Source of the DNA: Camelus ferus
Taxonomy: Eukaryota
Length of the DNA: 64,000 bases
Assembly (NCBI RefSeq): GCF_009834535.1
Contig: NC_045705.1
Span: 63,674,001-63,738,000 of the forward strand
Direction of reading: 5' to 3'
Position 1 is the first letter of the stretch. Each line of letters opens with the position of its first letter. The notes under the pieces are model-generated. The model was not told the origin of the DNA. It searched no databases and saw only the letters and a program-made list of their open reading frames with translations. Made by a program: the position numbers and the translations under genes. Positions 22,501-48,100 of this stretch are shown here, piece by piece.

Positions 22501-25500
22501 GTTACTTTGTTTCTAATGCCCACCTACCCTCTGCCAACCAGATTCTTTATAAACTTCACCTGTTTATAGAGCCACAAGAGGGTGCAGACAACTGTGATGT
22601 CAGCCAGCGTCACACGTTCGCCCACAAGAAAAGTCCTCGTCTTCAAGTGAGCATCCAGCAGCCCCAGAATCCGCCTCACCTCCTCCTTTGCATTCTCTGT
22701 GGCCTATTGATTTAAAATGATAAGACTTAGCGGTGGTTACCAATCCCTGTCCCCATCCTCCTCCTCCAACAATATAACTAAGGTAGCTGAGTCCTGAGTC
22801 CTGACTCACCCCAACCCTTTCAATGGAGTCAGATTCAAGGATCATTCCAAATGTATCACAAACGAAGCTCTCAATGTTACACTTCTTGGTGCAGTCTGCC
22901 TGCATCTCCCGCTGTACTGACTGTAGTCAAATATCTTTGAATTTTAGAAAGAACTTTAGAGGCCATCTGGTCTAACCACTCTCCTACCATTTGGTGTAAA
23001 CTTTCTACAGCAGATATCTCTCGTCAGACCTCCCACCTCCACTGGATCCGTCTGACAAAGAATTCAGATACCATCAACAGCCCAGCGCTCCAAACTTACA
23101 CCCCAAAGATTAGGTATTTATTATCCATATATTCTGGCATTGCTTTTCCTCAACACTTTCTATCTCTCACTCCCTGATACGCAGAAGCTGAGGCCATCCC
23201 TGCCCTTGGCTTCTCCCTGAGTTTCAAGGCTCACCTGCTTGTTGTAGTGCATGATNNNNNNNNNNNNNNNNNNNNNNNNNNNNNNNNNNNNNNNNNNNNN
23301 NNNNNNNNNNNNNNNNNNNNNNNNNNNNNNNNNNNNNNNNNNNNNNNNNNNNNNNNNNNNNNNNNNNNNNNNNNNNNNNNNNNNNNNNNNNNNNNNNNNN
23401 NNNAATGCTGGGGTTATGCCAAAACCAAACTAGGTCCCTGAAAATTCCTCTCCCTGTTCACTCCAGCTCACCTTCACCCTCTCCCACACCGCACCACCTC
23501 CAGACCCACCCATCCCCACATCCACGGCAAATTACCATAGTAGGCAATGGCATTGCTCTCAAACACACAGAATCCATCATCACCCTCAAATGCTGGAACC
23601 TGTGGACAAGGCAGTCAAAAGAAAACACACAGTAATTTCTCACTAGTCAGCCAAGGAACTGAACTGTTTCGAATAAAAGTTTTTATATCAAGCTGACAAC
23701 CCTTGCTAACCAAACTCTTGATACTATCTGAAACTCAGGAACCAAAACTGAGTAACTTGCTATCCCTTACATAAGGGACCCAAAAGATTCAGACATTATT
23801 AGATATTTGTAGAAAATCCCTCAACCAAAGGAGCAAAGGCAAGAAACCAAGTCTTACATCTGCCTACATCATTCACAGTACTATGGTGTTCCCCACACTG
23901 CACTTGACATCTCTGCGCCTAGCACAGATATTTATCTATCTCCGGAAGCCCCTTGGGGCAAGAATCACCCTCACGGTAAATATTTGATATATTTCCACTG
24001 AAACCATTTAGTCAAAACTCATTCTCTCCCACAAATACAAAACCTGTGAATTTTACAGGATGTTACAACTGTCTCAGAGTAAGTTGTTGTTAAATCTCTG
24101 AAATGTGAGGGGGAAGAAAAAAAAGAAACATGAAAAGCTAGGTCCCTTTTAAAGATGGAGGTCATCTTCAGAGTGATAGAATCTCAGGGCTCCTTCGGTT
24201 CTCAGGATCAAAGGCCTCTCTCCACTTCCCTACTCACCTTGCCCGCAGGAAATTTACGGAGAAATTCNNNNNNNNNNNNNNNNNNNNNNNNNNNNNNNNN
24301 NNNNNNNNNNNNNNNNNNNNNNNNNNNNNNNNNNNNNNNNNNNNNNNNNNNNNNNNNNNNNNNNNNNNNNNNNNNNNNNNNNNNNNNNNNNNNNNNNNNN
24401 NNNNAAAAGACAGGGATTAAAATATTAATGACTAGAAGGGTCCCGGTCCTCAATGTTCCCAGGGGATGACTTCCCTGAGTAATCCCAAGCTGTTTCAACT
24501 CACTTTTACTCCCTCTGGTGAATCAAGTTCTTCAGTATCTGTTGTCATGTGTAACCAGAGTCCTCCAACATACCGAGGACAGAACTACACACCAACTGCT
24601 AAATAAAGCTTGCTGACAGATTTGACCTTCCATAAGGACGTCTCTAGAAGCATCCTCTTCCTCTCCACTACATCTTCAAAAAATCCAGAACTTCTAGCTC
24701 CCTCAGACTCCATCTGCCGACACACACACACCCCTCCCTTCCCAGATCCCTTGTTCATTCATTCATGGTTACCGAGCGCCTGCCTGCTCTACTGCTGAGC
24801 CGCTCACCCTTCAAAAGTATCAGCCCTGTTTCCAAGACACACACACCGACCAAGCCATTTCCAAGTTACCTTCGGAATAGCCACGGAGAGACCGAATGAC
24901 ATCTTCTCTTCCTAAGTCAACTCGGTCTCCCTAAAAAACCTTTCATTCCTTGTCAAGCATACCATCCCTCCGGTCCTGTCCCGCAGTGAGTTCCCTGGTG
25001 TTGCCTTCTCTCCTTCTATTAACGTGGCCAGCGGGGCCCGACTGGGCTGACTCCACCGTCCGAAGGCTCCTCTCGCTCCCACACCTCCCTGCCGGACGAC
25101 CCTTAACCATGGCCAGCCGTACCTGCCCACAAAGACCCTCCTCTTCACCCTGTGCCTGCTGCTGCCCCACAAAACGATCGCAAAAGTTCTGTCAACCTGC
25201 CCGGACCCCACATCTCGACTCAGCAATGAACCCGAACCCCTTACTCAGGCTCCAGACGCTCAGGATCCGGCATCTCTTTCTCCTCCACCCCAGACCCTTC
25301 CACCTTTTTGGCCTCTGAGAGCCCCAGACTCAGTTCCCCTCCGGGGCCTGGAAGCCCTACTCTCCAACAGTACGGTCTCCAGACCCCGGATCAGTTCCCC
25401 ACTCGGCTCCAGAATCCCTCTGACGCCGACTGGCCCTCCTCGGGCAGAGGATGGCCTCGGATAGGGTGACCTGGGTCGCCAGAGCCGGCAAACTTACCCC

Positions 25501-25509
25501 AGCCGCCAT
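16594..25509 (-). CDS. EEF1G: Eukaryotic translation elongation factor 1 gamma (eEF1Bgamma), 10 exons, 437 aa
   Basis: Exons: 25509-25498, 24396-24238 (acceptor in N), 23599-23536, 23377-23235 (acceptor in N), 22703-22560, 20768-20639, 20256-20052, 17382-17210, 17114-16990, 16752-16594; sum 1314 nt. All visible junctions are GT-AG. Translation includes [56 protein letters not shown] and ...FNQGKIFK*. Intron-containing parent gene, not a retrocopy. Confidence 0.98.
22925..23000 (-). mobile_element. MIR3-like 3' remnant in EEF1G intron 4
   Basis: GAATTTTAGAAAGAACTTTAGAGGCCATCTGGTCTAACC resembles the reverse complement of the MIR 3' end. Confidence 0.55.
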
Positions 25510-25520
25510 GGTGATTCCGC

Positions 25521-25860
25521 AGAGAAAGGGGGTGGGGCTCTCCGCGCTGCCGCAAAGTAAGCCGTCAGGGAGAGAAGGGAGGGGGGAAGGGGAGAGCCGT
25601 GGAGAAACAGCAGCCGGAAAGCGAGGACGGCATAGACGGCATACGCACGACAGTTCGGTATCCCTCGGCGGCCGAATGGAAAAAGAAGGGGGTGGGGCCT
25701 GCTGGCCGGCGCGGAAAGAGCTCGCGCCTGCGCGGTGGGGCATGGCCAATCGGAGTCTGTCTGTGGAGGTGGAAGACGGGGAGGGAAGGAAGACTGTGAG
25801 AACTAGCCGGAAAGCCGCCCCTCTGTAGCTACGTGGCACAACTGCCAGTCTGGCATAGCG
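25521..25860 (-). promoter_or_regulatory. EEF1G: EEF1G 5'TOP start and CpG promoter
   Basis: Minus strand reads CCCCCTTTCTCTGCGGAATCACCATG: a pyrimidine tract at 25532-25521 just 11 nt before the ATG, typical of TOP mRNAs. CpG-rich upstream region with a CCAAT box near 25746. Confidence 0.85.
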
Positions 25861-26652
25861 CCGGGTCCCAGAGGCGTTTCCCTCAGGCTCGCGGGGCCCA
25901 CGGTGATTTGATGGCGGTCCTGCTGGACCCCTAACATCATGATGTGGGACACGCACAGGAGCGGAAACAACTGCATGAAGGTGGTGGGGTGCCAAGTTCC
26001 TTTTCTTCCCGTTCTAGAGAGGTGATACATCTAATCAGAGTCCGAGTCTGAAGCCCCCTGTAAAAGTGAGGGTTTTTTCCCCATTAAACCACTCTGCAAC
26101 TTCGGGATGCTGTTCTGCGAGAAGGGCACTAGTCCCAGGGCCTGCAACAGGGGAGGGGCTGAGGGAGAACACAGCCACATCCTTTCCACCTCCTGTCACC
26201 CTTTAGGGGCTGACAGTTCAATTGATGGGTTGCCTTTTACCCACGCTTGGATCTGAAAATCTTTTACCCAATTTAAGAACAGGATGAATTCTCCTGTTAG
26301 GTGAGAGAATGGAGAACCCTGACCCCAAATTTCAAGCACTGTCTTCATTCATAAATTTGGGCAACAAGATAGATGTGGAAGCAAACTTGGCTCTCCTGAC
26401 AGGTGCGTTTCAAGCCACCACCCAGCACTCCATCTTTGGAGTACTCGACTGCGTGGGATCCAGGTGCCAGACACACTCATCCTGGGCACTCCCTGCAAAC
26501 TGTGGTAAACGTTCTGGACACAAGCTGAGAGAACCTGTTTTACGGTGGCCAGAGAAGGCACCTCTGAGAAGGCTGCAGTAAGGTCTGGGGAAGGGGAGGA
26601 CCGGACAGAAGGAGGATGATTGATTACCAGGTGGAAATCAGGAAACTATAGC

Positions 26653-26679
26653 GTTTATTAATAAACTATCAGCTTTATT
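26653..26679 (-). terminator. TUT1: TUT1 tandem AATAAA poly(A) signals
   Basis: Minus-strand AATAAA at 26679-26674 and 26659-26654, 21 and 41 nt after the stop codon. Confidence 0.8.
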
Positions 26680-26699
26680 GCCCTTTAGGGCCCCCATCT

Positions 26700-39794
<13,095 letters not shown>

Positions 39795-39799
39795 CTAAC

Positions 39800-40200
39800 A
39801 AAATGCAACCACTTCGGCCACGACCGGAACTCACTCCTACAAATTGCCAAGCGCTGGAAAGCAACTTCCGCCCGTCCAATAGGAAGTGACGTAGAAGTCG
39901 GCCAATCGCGCGGCACACTCTTCCGAAAACCGACTTCTTTCCACTCAGGGTTCCGCTTCCAGCCCGTGCTAAATATCTGCCGGCTTTAGGAAGACGGTCT
40001 ACGGTGCTTATCTGCATTCGGCAAGCCAGTTGGTGTGCTCTGAGCTGTTCAGGCGTTGATTGGCTCAAAGAGCATGAATATTCATAAAGCAGCCGCAAAG
40101 GCAGGCGCCGGGTTCTGTGCGCGGCCCGCTCCTTTGACAGCCGGCTGTTTCGTTGCTAGGTAGTGGTGGGCAGTCTGTGCCCCTCCTTCAAGGGGCAATA
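39800..40200 (-). promoter_or_regulatory. TUT1: TUT1 CpG promoter with CCAAT, ETS and CRE-like motifs
   Basis: CCAAT near 39876 and 39902, ATTGG near 40059, ACTTCCG / GGAAGTG / CTTCCG ETS cores, TGACGT at 39887. Confidence 0.75.
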
Positions 40201-41398
40201 GAGACCCATGCGGCTGTATCAACCCCATATTAACTTGGCGAATAAAGGCGGAGGATGAGCAGCCTCCACGAAGCACGGGCTGTCCCTAGACTCCCAACCT
40301 CCTCAAGGCTGTTACTTTCTCCTTCAGCCGTCGGTCCTCTCCCAGAATGGGTGTTCTGCGACCTCTTTCTAGCCCTGGTTGAAGAGCTCTGCCCCCATCT
40401 GGCACCTTCCGGGCTCCACGGGGCCACAGCCAGTTGGCTTTCTTTCTGCGATAGCGTGCTGCATGGAGTGTACTCACCAGGCGCAAGAACCACTGGCCCA
40501 CTTAAAATGCATGCGGCGGAAACTATGATGGCAACTGAATGAAGACGTTGGAGTGTGCTGCTTTCCCCAAGACTGTTATAGTGGCCAGTTCCTCCCACAC
40601 TACCGAGGTGCTGGCTGAGGCCCTAGGGACAGGGACCGTGAGATAGAAGGGCCTATCAGCTGGGCTAAGTAGTAGCTCTTGGTGTGTTTGATCAGCCCAC
40701 AGCTTTGGACTGTGGAACGAGCAACTGACTTAAGGCAGACATCTCAAGGTCTGTAACCTTGAGTAAGTCACAATTGCTGAGGCTGTTCCCCATCTCTAAA
40801 GAAAGTGCTCAAGGAGAACAAAGTCGGCCTAACTTCTTGTTCTCTCTCCTAAGGTACTCCTCCTGTTGAGACTGGTTTAAGCGTCTAATCTGTCTCCCAC
40901 ACCTAAAAAAGCAGGAAACAGCACTAGACTGAGCCCCTATATCAAGGCAGTTGCTGAAGCTGGCCTTGGGGATACTTGAAGCAGTAGTCTCTGCAAATAC
41001 ACCACAGAGCTAGATGGTGTGATCCTACATTATCCCCAAAGTGGGCTACATCTTGCTCTGGCCTCTAGCAACTCCCAGAATCCCCTACATAAAATTTACG
41101 GAGAGGGGAGTGAGAGTTGGGAAATAAAGAAGCACCTTCACACACACTCCTATGGAAGCCGTCAGCCATTCTGAGAACCAGCTCATCCCAACTGGTTTTA
41201 ATGAATCTGAGCCACGATGGTGCTTGGGCACCAGTACCATAGGGAGCTGGGGAGCAGTTTGGATCCAACAAGAAAGCAAGATGGAGCAGGTCACATGTCC
41301 AGGCTGCATATCTCATAAACCTGTACTCAGGGCAAGCCCCATCTGTACCTTCTCTACCGTCCTTTGTTCTTTATTTTCCCAAAAACACATGCCTCCAG

Positions 41399-41399
41399 C

Positions 41400-41440
<41 letters not shown>

Positions 41441-41453
41441 ACACACACACACA
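41399..41453. repeat. Interrupted (CA)n microsatellite
   Basis: Direct reading; lies just downstream of the MTA2 poly(A) signal. Confidence 0.9.
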
Positions 41454-41495
41454 GCAGAGAATAGCTGAGCCAGGAAGAGCTGAAGAAAACAGCTT

Positions 41496-41501
41496 TTTAT
41501 T
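41496..41501 (-). terminator. MTA2: MTA2 poly(A) signal AATAAA (second candidate at 41558-41563)
   Basis: TTTATT on the plus strand about 650 nt after the stop, followed on the minus strand by a GU-rich tract. Confidence 0.7.
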
Positions 41502-42152
41502 TGTTACTATAAGAACCAGTTACAGAATCCAAGGTTAAAAAAAACGGACAAAAGATCTTTATTTCTGAGAATTGGCGTACAAAAGGCAGAAGGGGCAAGG
41601 GGAGGGAAGGAAAGAGTGAGCATAGGCTGGGATTGATGCCAGCTTAGGGGTCTCAAACTCCAATTAGGAAGGTCCGGACACCGGACAGGAAGAAAAACCC
41701 CCAATTAGAAAAAAAAACCAAAAAGACAGACATGGCAGTCATGGCAGTGCACGCCCCCCTCCCTCAGCCAGATACCACCACCTGATATCTGTTTACTCTT
41801 CCCCTCTCCCATCCCCTTTCACAAAGGGAGGCAAAACTTTTTAAAAATTTTAAAAAACCCTCCCCCCAAAACTGTCCAAGACAACTGTGGGTCCTACCCC
41901 CCAAAACAGGCTAGGTTCCCACAATGGGCCAAGTTCTGGTTGTCTGCCCTCCATCACTAGGCATGGAGAAGCACTGGAAGGGGACAAGCCTCGAAGTGGT
42001 AACACTAGAGGGCGCCCAACCCCTCCAAAGACACACTACTTGCTCCCTCCCTCCCTCCTTCCTTCTTCCCTTTGATGCTAGAGGGAAGGGAGGCTGGGTG
42101 CCCTGTGCACCCACCCTCTAGCTTTCAGCCCACCTCCCTTCCCCACAGATGC

Positions 42153-45100
42153 TCAATCCTCCAGGACAATGGGCTCGTTGGTGCTGGCAGGATGTGAGGA
42201 TGGAGGAAGAGGGACTGGGGCCCGCACTGCAATCAGCGGTGGCTTCACCTTCAGAGGCAGGTTGGGCCGGCGGGCAGCTCGCCGCATTTCCAGGTGGGTC
42301 AGAGCCTTCCGTAGGGCTCTGGCCAGGAAAAGAAGAGGGCAACAGAGAAAGCAAAGACCTTCAAGGTGAAATTCCACATTCCACACTGCAATTCCACCTT
42401 CCAGCCCATTCTTTCGGAGCATCCCCACCCTGCACCGAGTCTTCCTGGAGCTGGTCTTGCTCAGATACTCCTATTTCCCATAGCCACCAATCTGGCTTGT
42501 CAACCTCTCCACCCCTCCCATGGTGGGCTCCCTACCTGGTATCTTTTGTGGCCACAAACACCACAGGATTGGGGGCATCAGCTGGGTTGAGTTTCTGTCG
42601 CTTGGCTGCTGGCTGTGAGCTTGAGCGAATCCCTGAGGCCAGAGGCCTTCCATTGGCAGAGAAGGGGACTCCTGCCATCTGGAAAAGGGCGAGAGAGGGG
42701 ATTCTCAGACACCTAGCATAAATAAAAGCCCACCCAACTCAACTTGGCCCACTCCAGTCTGTCAACTCACAGTCTCATAGGCCCGTTTCACCATAATGCC
42801 CCCCAGGCCCCGGTTCTGGGTCAGCTGGTTTCTGTTGATCGGTGTCTTAGTACCTCGAGGTGTTTTTGGTTTCAGAGGTGCCTGGGCCACTGTCAGAAAA
42901 ACATAAAGGCAACCTTAGAGAACTTTCATACCTCTTCTTCTCTATGCAGTTTCCCTGGGCATCCCCAAAAGTAGTGATGGGAGAGGGATCTAGCAAGCAA
43001 TTACCAGTACTACAAAAGTCATATGAGTATGATCTTATTAATCAGTATATAGTTATACTGGAGAGCTTATCAAAAAACATTTTAACCTACAAAAGTACAG
43101 TCTATTAGACTAAATCTTTTTGGACTTAATGGGAAAGAAAAAAGCAGGGGAAGAGAAGGGTCTTGATAATAATAGGACTGATATCTGTTACTTTAGCCAG
43201 ACACCACCCTATACGCACCCTGTATCCAGTCTAGNNNNNNNNNNNNNNNNNNNNNNNNNNNNNNNNNNNNNNNNNNNNNNNNNNNNNNNNNNNNNNNNNN
43301 NNNNNNNNNNNNNNNNNNNNNNNNNNNNNNNNNNNNNNNNNNNNNNNNNNNNNNNNNNNNNNNNNNAGGGGGCTTCACTATTCAGGTCTCTTTTGGGGCC
43401 AGGAGCCATGTCTAATCTCCTGGACAAACCCTTGTGGCCTACTATCCCTACTGTCATTACACATCCAGAGAAACACCGGTCTCTGGCCAAAGCAACCCCA
43501 AACCTGCCACTAGCCCCGGCACTCCTGCCCTTACACTCTGCCTTGATGGCATTGGCATTGATAGGGGCGTAGGGGCGTCGGGCAGCCCTCCTCGGCTGTA
43601 ACAGGTCCCTGCACATGCGTCTGGCAAGACGGGTCAGCTTCGTGGTCTGGAGCAGGAATGTTTGCCTGTTCTTAGCCAGCAGCTTGGCCCGGTTGGCGCT
43701 GGTTGTATAAGGGGAGAGACTTTGGGCTTCGGGTCTGGACAAATGACCTCTTGAGTGTGGCTCCTGTAAGGACAGAGGTAAAAAGGAGAACACAGATAGA
43801 CACCCAGGCTTCCTTCTTCCATTCTCTGCAGAGGGCATTTTATTCCTGCCTGATCTCTTTGTTGCCGTCCTGACCCACCTGGCTCCCTGACTTCTATCAA
43901 GTACCACCTCCCCCTACCCCTAGGCAAACAAACCATCACCTTATTGGAGTTGGGTGTTCTGGCCTTCGCCCAAAGCTCACATCAATAAGCTTACTGCTCT
44001 CCCCGGCCTATCCCCCATCAATCCTTACTGTGGTGCCCCGAGCAGCCCCCTCAAGCTGGGTTGGAGTCTTCAGTCCCCCGTACTTCTTCCAGTAGATCCA
44101 ACAGGAAGCACACAGGCGACACTGCATGTTGGGTGGGCCCCAGGCGTACCACTGGGCAGACTGTGTGGCTGCAAGAGCATGGAGAGAAGGAAAGGTTGAG
44201 GGTAAATGCCACTGGAGCCTCTCAGGTTCTCGGGCCAGAGAAAACACCCTGCTCACCCCCCAGTATCCCTTTCCCACCCTGGAACTCACTGTGGCAACTC
44301 TCGCAAGTCAGGCCCTTCTGGAATCCAGCCCCATTCATGCCAGGTTTTGAGCCCACAGAGATGATCTGGTTAGGGTTTGGTTTGGTGCTAAAAGGGGAAG
44401 CAGAGGGGGAGAAACCAGGAACTGGTCAAGGAGAAGAATCCATTTCTACTTTGTCTCTATAACAATTTGACCCCATCTCCTGCCCACCTCCAATCACTAA
44501 GGAAAGCACAGGTTAGGGGCAGAGAAGGGAAACACGCCTCTCTCCCCATCACACTCACTAGGTGGGTATGTAGACTTGTTTTAGCTTGCTGTCTGCTTCA
44601 GCAGCTTTCAATCTTTTCTGCAGGAAGGAGAAAAATTAAAAATAGCTCAGATTATCTCAGCAGGGAGGATGTCATCAACTTCAAAGACAGAGGTGAGCAG
44701 GAGGTCTCTGGTCCAGCCTCCCCAGCCAACCTTACCTGCTGAATATAGCGGTCTGTGGTCTTCCACATGTAGTAAAACTGAACTATGCTGGCCAGTGACT
44801 TCCAGGGTAGCTAAGGACGTAGAGGGAAGGATGAGCTCTATCTGCCCCAGGTCCTGGTTCCCTCACCTGTCATCTCTTCCACTGCTCCTCCCAGCGCCAT
44901 CCACTTACAAAGTCCTGGCGAATATCATTGAAATCCTTCCCGTACTTCTCCAGGGCCTCCTCAAACAGCATGGCCTCTGAGGCTGACCATTCCTCCATCT
45001 CATCCCGACACAGCACTGGACCCCCCTGGGGCACCAGGGTTGACATGGCCTTAGCCAGGTCATAGCCATTCCTCTGCAGTGTATCCATTGCGTGAAACTA

Positions 45101-48100
45101 CAGGAGAGGCGGCAAACAATGGTGATGACCTGAAACCCTCAGCACCACTCTCCTGCTGCTCTTTAAACATTCCCACTCCCCCAGAGACACCCTCCTCTCT
45201 GCAAAGTCCCCACAGAGCCCAGCCTTCCCAACTACCCACCAACTTCTGCTCACCAGGGTGATATCTCGGGAGGCGGCAGCTGCACTCATGTGCAAGCTTG
45301 GCTGCCGAATGGAGCTGCTGCAATCTAGGGCTCTTGCGAAGGTCCCCACAGCTCTGAGGGAGAGAGTGAGAAGTCAAGAGGGAAAGAAGAAAGCGCGAGT
45401 GGGCTGAGGAGCTAAGCCAGATGAGAAAAAAAAAAAAAAAAAGGAAAACATCCATGCCAAAAATAAGTAAATAAAGTCCATCTTGAAGAACATGACTCAG
45501 AACTATGTCCACACCTCCCCCGGCCCATCTCCCCCATCCACCCACCCCTCACCGGGCCACCACGAGAAACTGATCAATCTGCCGGTCTGTGAGAGGGTTG
45601 TCTGGGTCCCAGACTTTCATCTCCATCTTTTGTTGGTTCCGATTATCAGATTCCCCTAGGGAACAGGGAAATGGTATCATGAGGGAGAATAAAAGGTGTC
45701 TTTGACACTCACAGTAACACCTCACTCTTCCTCGACTCCTCCTTGGATTCTATCAGCCACCTTCAACTCTCAGCCTTCTCTACCCAACGTGCCCATCCAC
45801 CTCTTTCAGGTTCCTAAGGTCCCACCCTGTCACGGTCACAGCAAAAAGGCATGCAGACTGCACCACAAAACTTCAGGGCACACCATGCAGAGACTATGAT
45901 GTTAGACAACCCAGTAGCTATGAATAAGTCTGTCACGTTGCATACCCTCTGCCAGGCGATCTGGGATCTCAGCTTGGTATTTGCAACCAACTCGGATCTC
46001 CCCTTGGTCAGCTAGAAGCGTCTTCTGCACAGGGTCAAACACCAGTGAGTAAAAAAAGCAGTCCTGGAGATGGAGAAGAGAGAAGGTAAGCAGAGTAGCA
46101 ATCCTCAGAGGCAGGGGGCAGTAGGGTGTATCCAGAGTCCCCGAGACGGGCACTCTGTCAACCTGTACCTCACCACAGCCTGACTTTCTTCCTACCTCTT
46201 GGGGCAATACCCACTCCCCTCCCTCTTCTCCGTACACCTCTTTCTCACCTCCTTTTCCAGGTACTGGCTCAAGATATCTGTCTCATTCAAGAGGGTCACA
46301 CTGCATTTCCCCCTACAGGAGAGAAGTCAAGAAAACCCTGGTGAGCTCCTCCTTACCTCTGCGCAGCATCGCCAGTACACTAGGGCCTCCTTCTAAGTAA
46401 GTGCACGTAGGCCACAGTGGCCCTGATTAGACTTTACCTTATGTGGGTAGCTGGTAACGACTCAAATTGGCGAGAAAGAAAAAGCTCCCGGTGCTTCAGT
46501 TGATGTCGCTGCTGTTCCGACACCCCTGGCTGCTTTGATTCCTCCTCAAACTCCCCTGGGATATTAAGGAGAAAGAAACGGAGTCAGAAACCAATTCAGA
46601 AAGAAGCCACTTTAGAATCTCTAACCCAGGGAAAACATTTCCTATCTCACTTGTTTTCCTCACATTTCCCAGGCACCTGCCTTCATACCCTTACCTTTCC
46701 TGCTTAGCCTTCTCCCCGTTACAGATGCTCCCAACTCTCCATCACTAGTGCTCTTAGAGAAGAGCTGCTGAGAGTACAACGAATGCCACAGAAATACACC
46801 CCAGTCCCAGGTGCCAATGCTCAGACACCACTCATACAGCACAAAACTGCCCATACCAGGCCCAGCAAGAGTATCACACTTCTCTCTTTTTAGCTCAACT
46901 AGGCTGGGGTCGAGAAATCCAGTAAGATGAAAATGCACCACACAAGACTGTGTTTACCAGTTCCTCTGCAAATTTCAGGAGACTCTGCTCTTAAACATCG
47001 CATGCAAGCCTAACTATCCCTTGTCTTCTACTTGGCTAATAACTGTTTGTGGGGGCTTTCAAGGACAGTATCTCATAAGACAGCACCAACACCTTCCTCC
47101 CCAAGGAGCTGCAACTTGCCTTGAAACCCTGGTGAAAAGGGTTAACTTTGGCTGGGTGCCAACCAAACAGGGAGGGGGCAGAAAAGCCACAAGCCCAGGC
47201 TCATTGGTGCATTGTTCCCAACCTCAGGGAGAAAGGGGGGTCAGGGGTGTGCCTTAGGCTCCACCCCTTGCCTGTGTGCTCCGGAAACCCTGTGCTAGGG
47301 ACCACACCCCCTACACCCTTTCTGATTGGACAAGGCCAAGGTCAGCCCCTGCCAGATGGGACTAGAAACCCCAGTGGGCCAGAGAACTTGGTAGGCTCAG
47401 CTCCTCGTTAACCCCTTCATGCCCAAATGCAAAGCCTAACTTGCCCAAAGGAAGATAATTTAGGAAGGAAGAATAAGAGGAGGAAAGTCAAAGCAGTAAA
47501 GGAAAAAGAAACTAAGGAAAACTGAAGGATATATATTTAAAAAGAAGATGAAAGTGGAAAGAGAAGAAGGAGAGGGTAAAAGGGAAAAATGTAGAATGGA
47601 GTAGCAAGGAAGCCAGGATAGGTGAGAAAGAGGAAAAGCGCTAAACTTACCTAGCTTCCTGTTCTTTCCCATCAATACATTCTTATCACCTCGTGATCAC
47701 AAAATAACACTGCTTCCCTATTATTCAACCTTCTAAGTACATTCTTTTCCTCTCACTTTGACATCATGGTCACCACCCATTATCCTAACATACCCAAAAC
47801 TGTCCCCCAAGAATCCTGCTTCTCTAAAGCTCTTCCTCATCCCCTATTTAAATACTATCATCTCTTTTATATACACCAGTTCACATAGACACACTCACAC
47901 ACAAACCAAATTCTGGCTTTCCTTATCATGGTCTCTCCACCCTGCTTCCAAACCAACATGTAAAAACAGGCCTCCCTCTGCAGACCAGGCATTTCCCACC
48001 CCAAAACTCACATCTCTTCCTTGGGCATGCTACCAAGAGAAACACCTGCGGGGACATGCCCAGGCCTCAGATCATGGGCAAGGGGAGACAGAGGCCGAGG

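Noticed and set aside
23100-23173. Possible 74-nt cryptic exon in EEF1G intron 4 (strong GTAAGT donor)
   Set aside because: Would leave only a 61-nt upstream intron, too short for efficient mammalian splicing.
25245-25347. Possible 103-nt cryptic exon in EEF1G intron 1
   Set aside because: Weak pyrimidine tract and donor, immediate stop codon, no other support.
43235-43366. Apparent loss of MTA2 exon 15 (also missing acceptors of EEF1G exons 2 and 4 and EML3 exon 7)
   Set aside because: The expected sequence falls inside N-runs large enough to hold it, and flanking phases are consistent.
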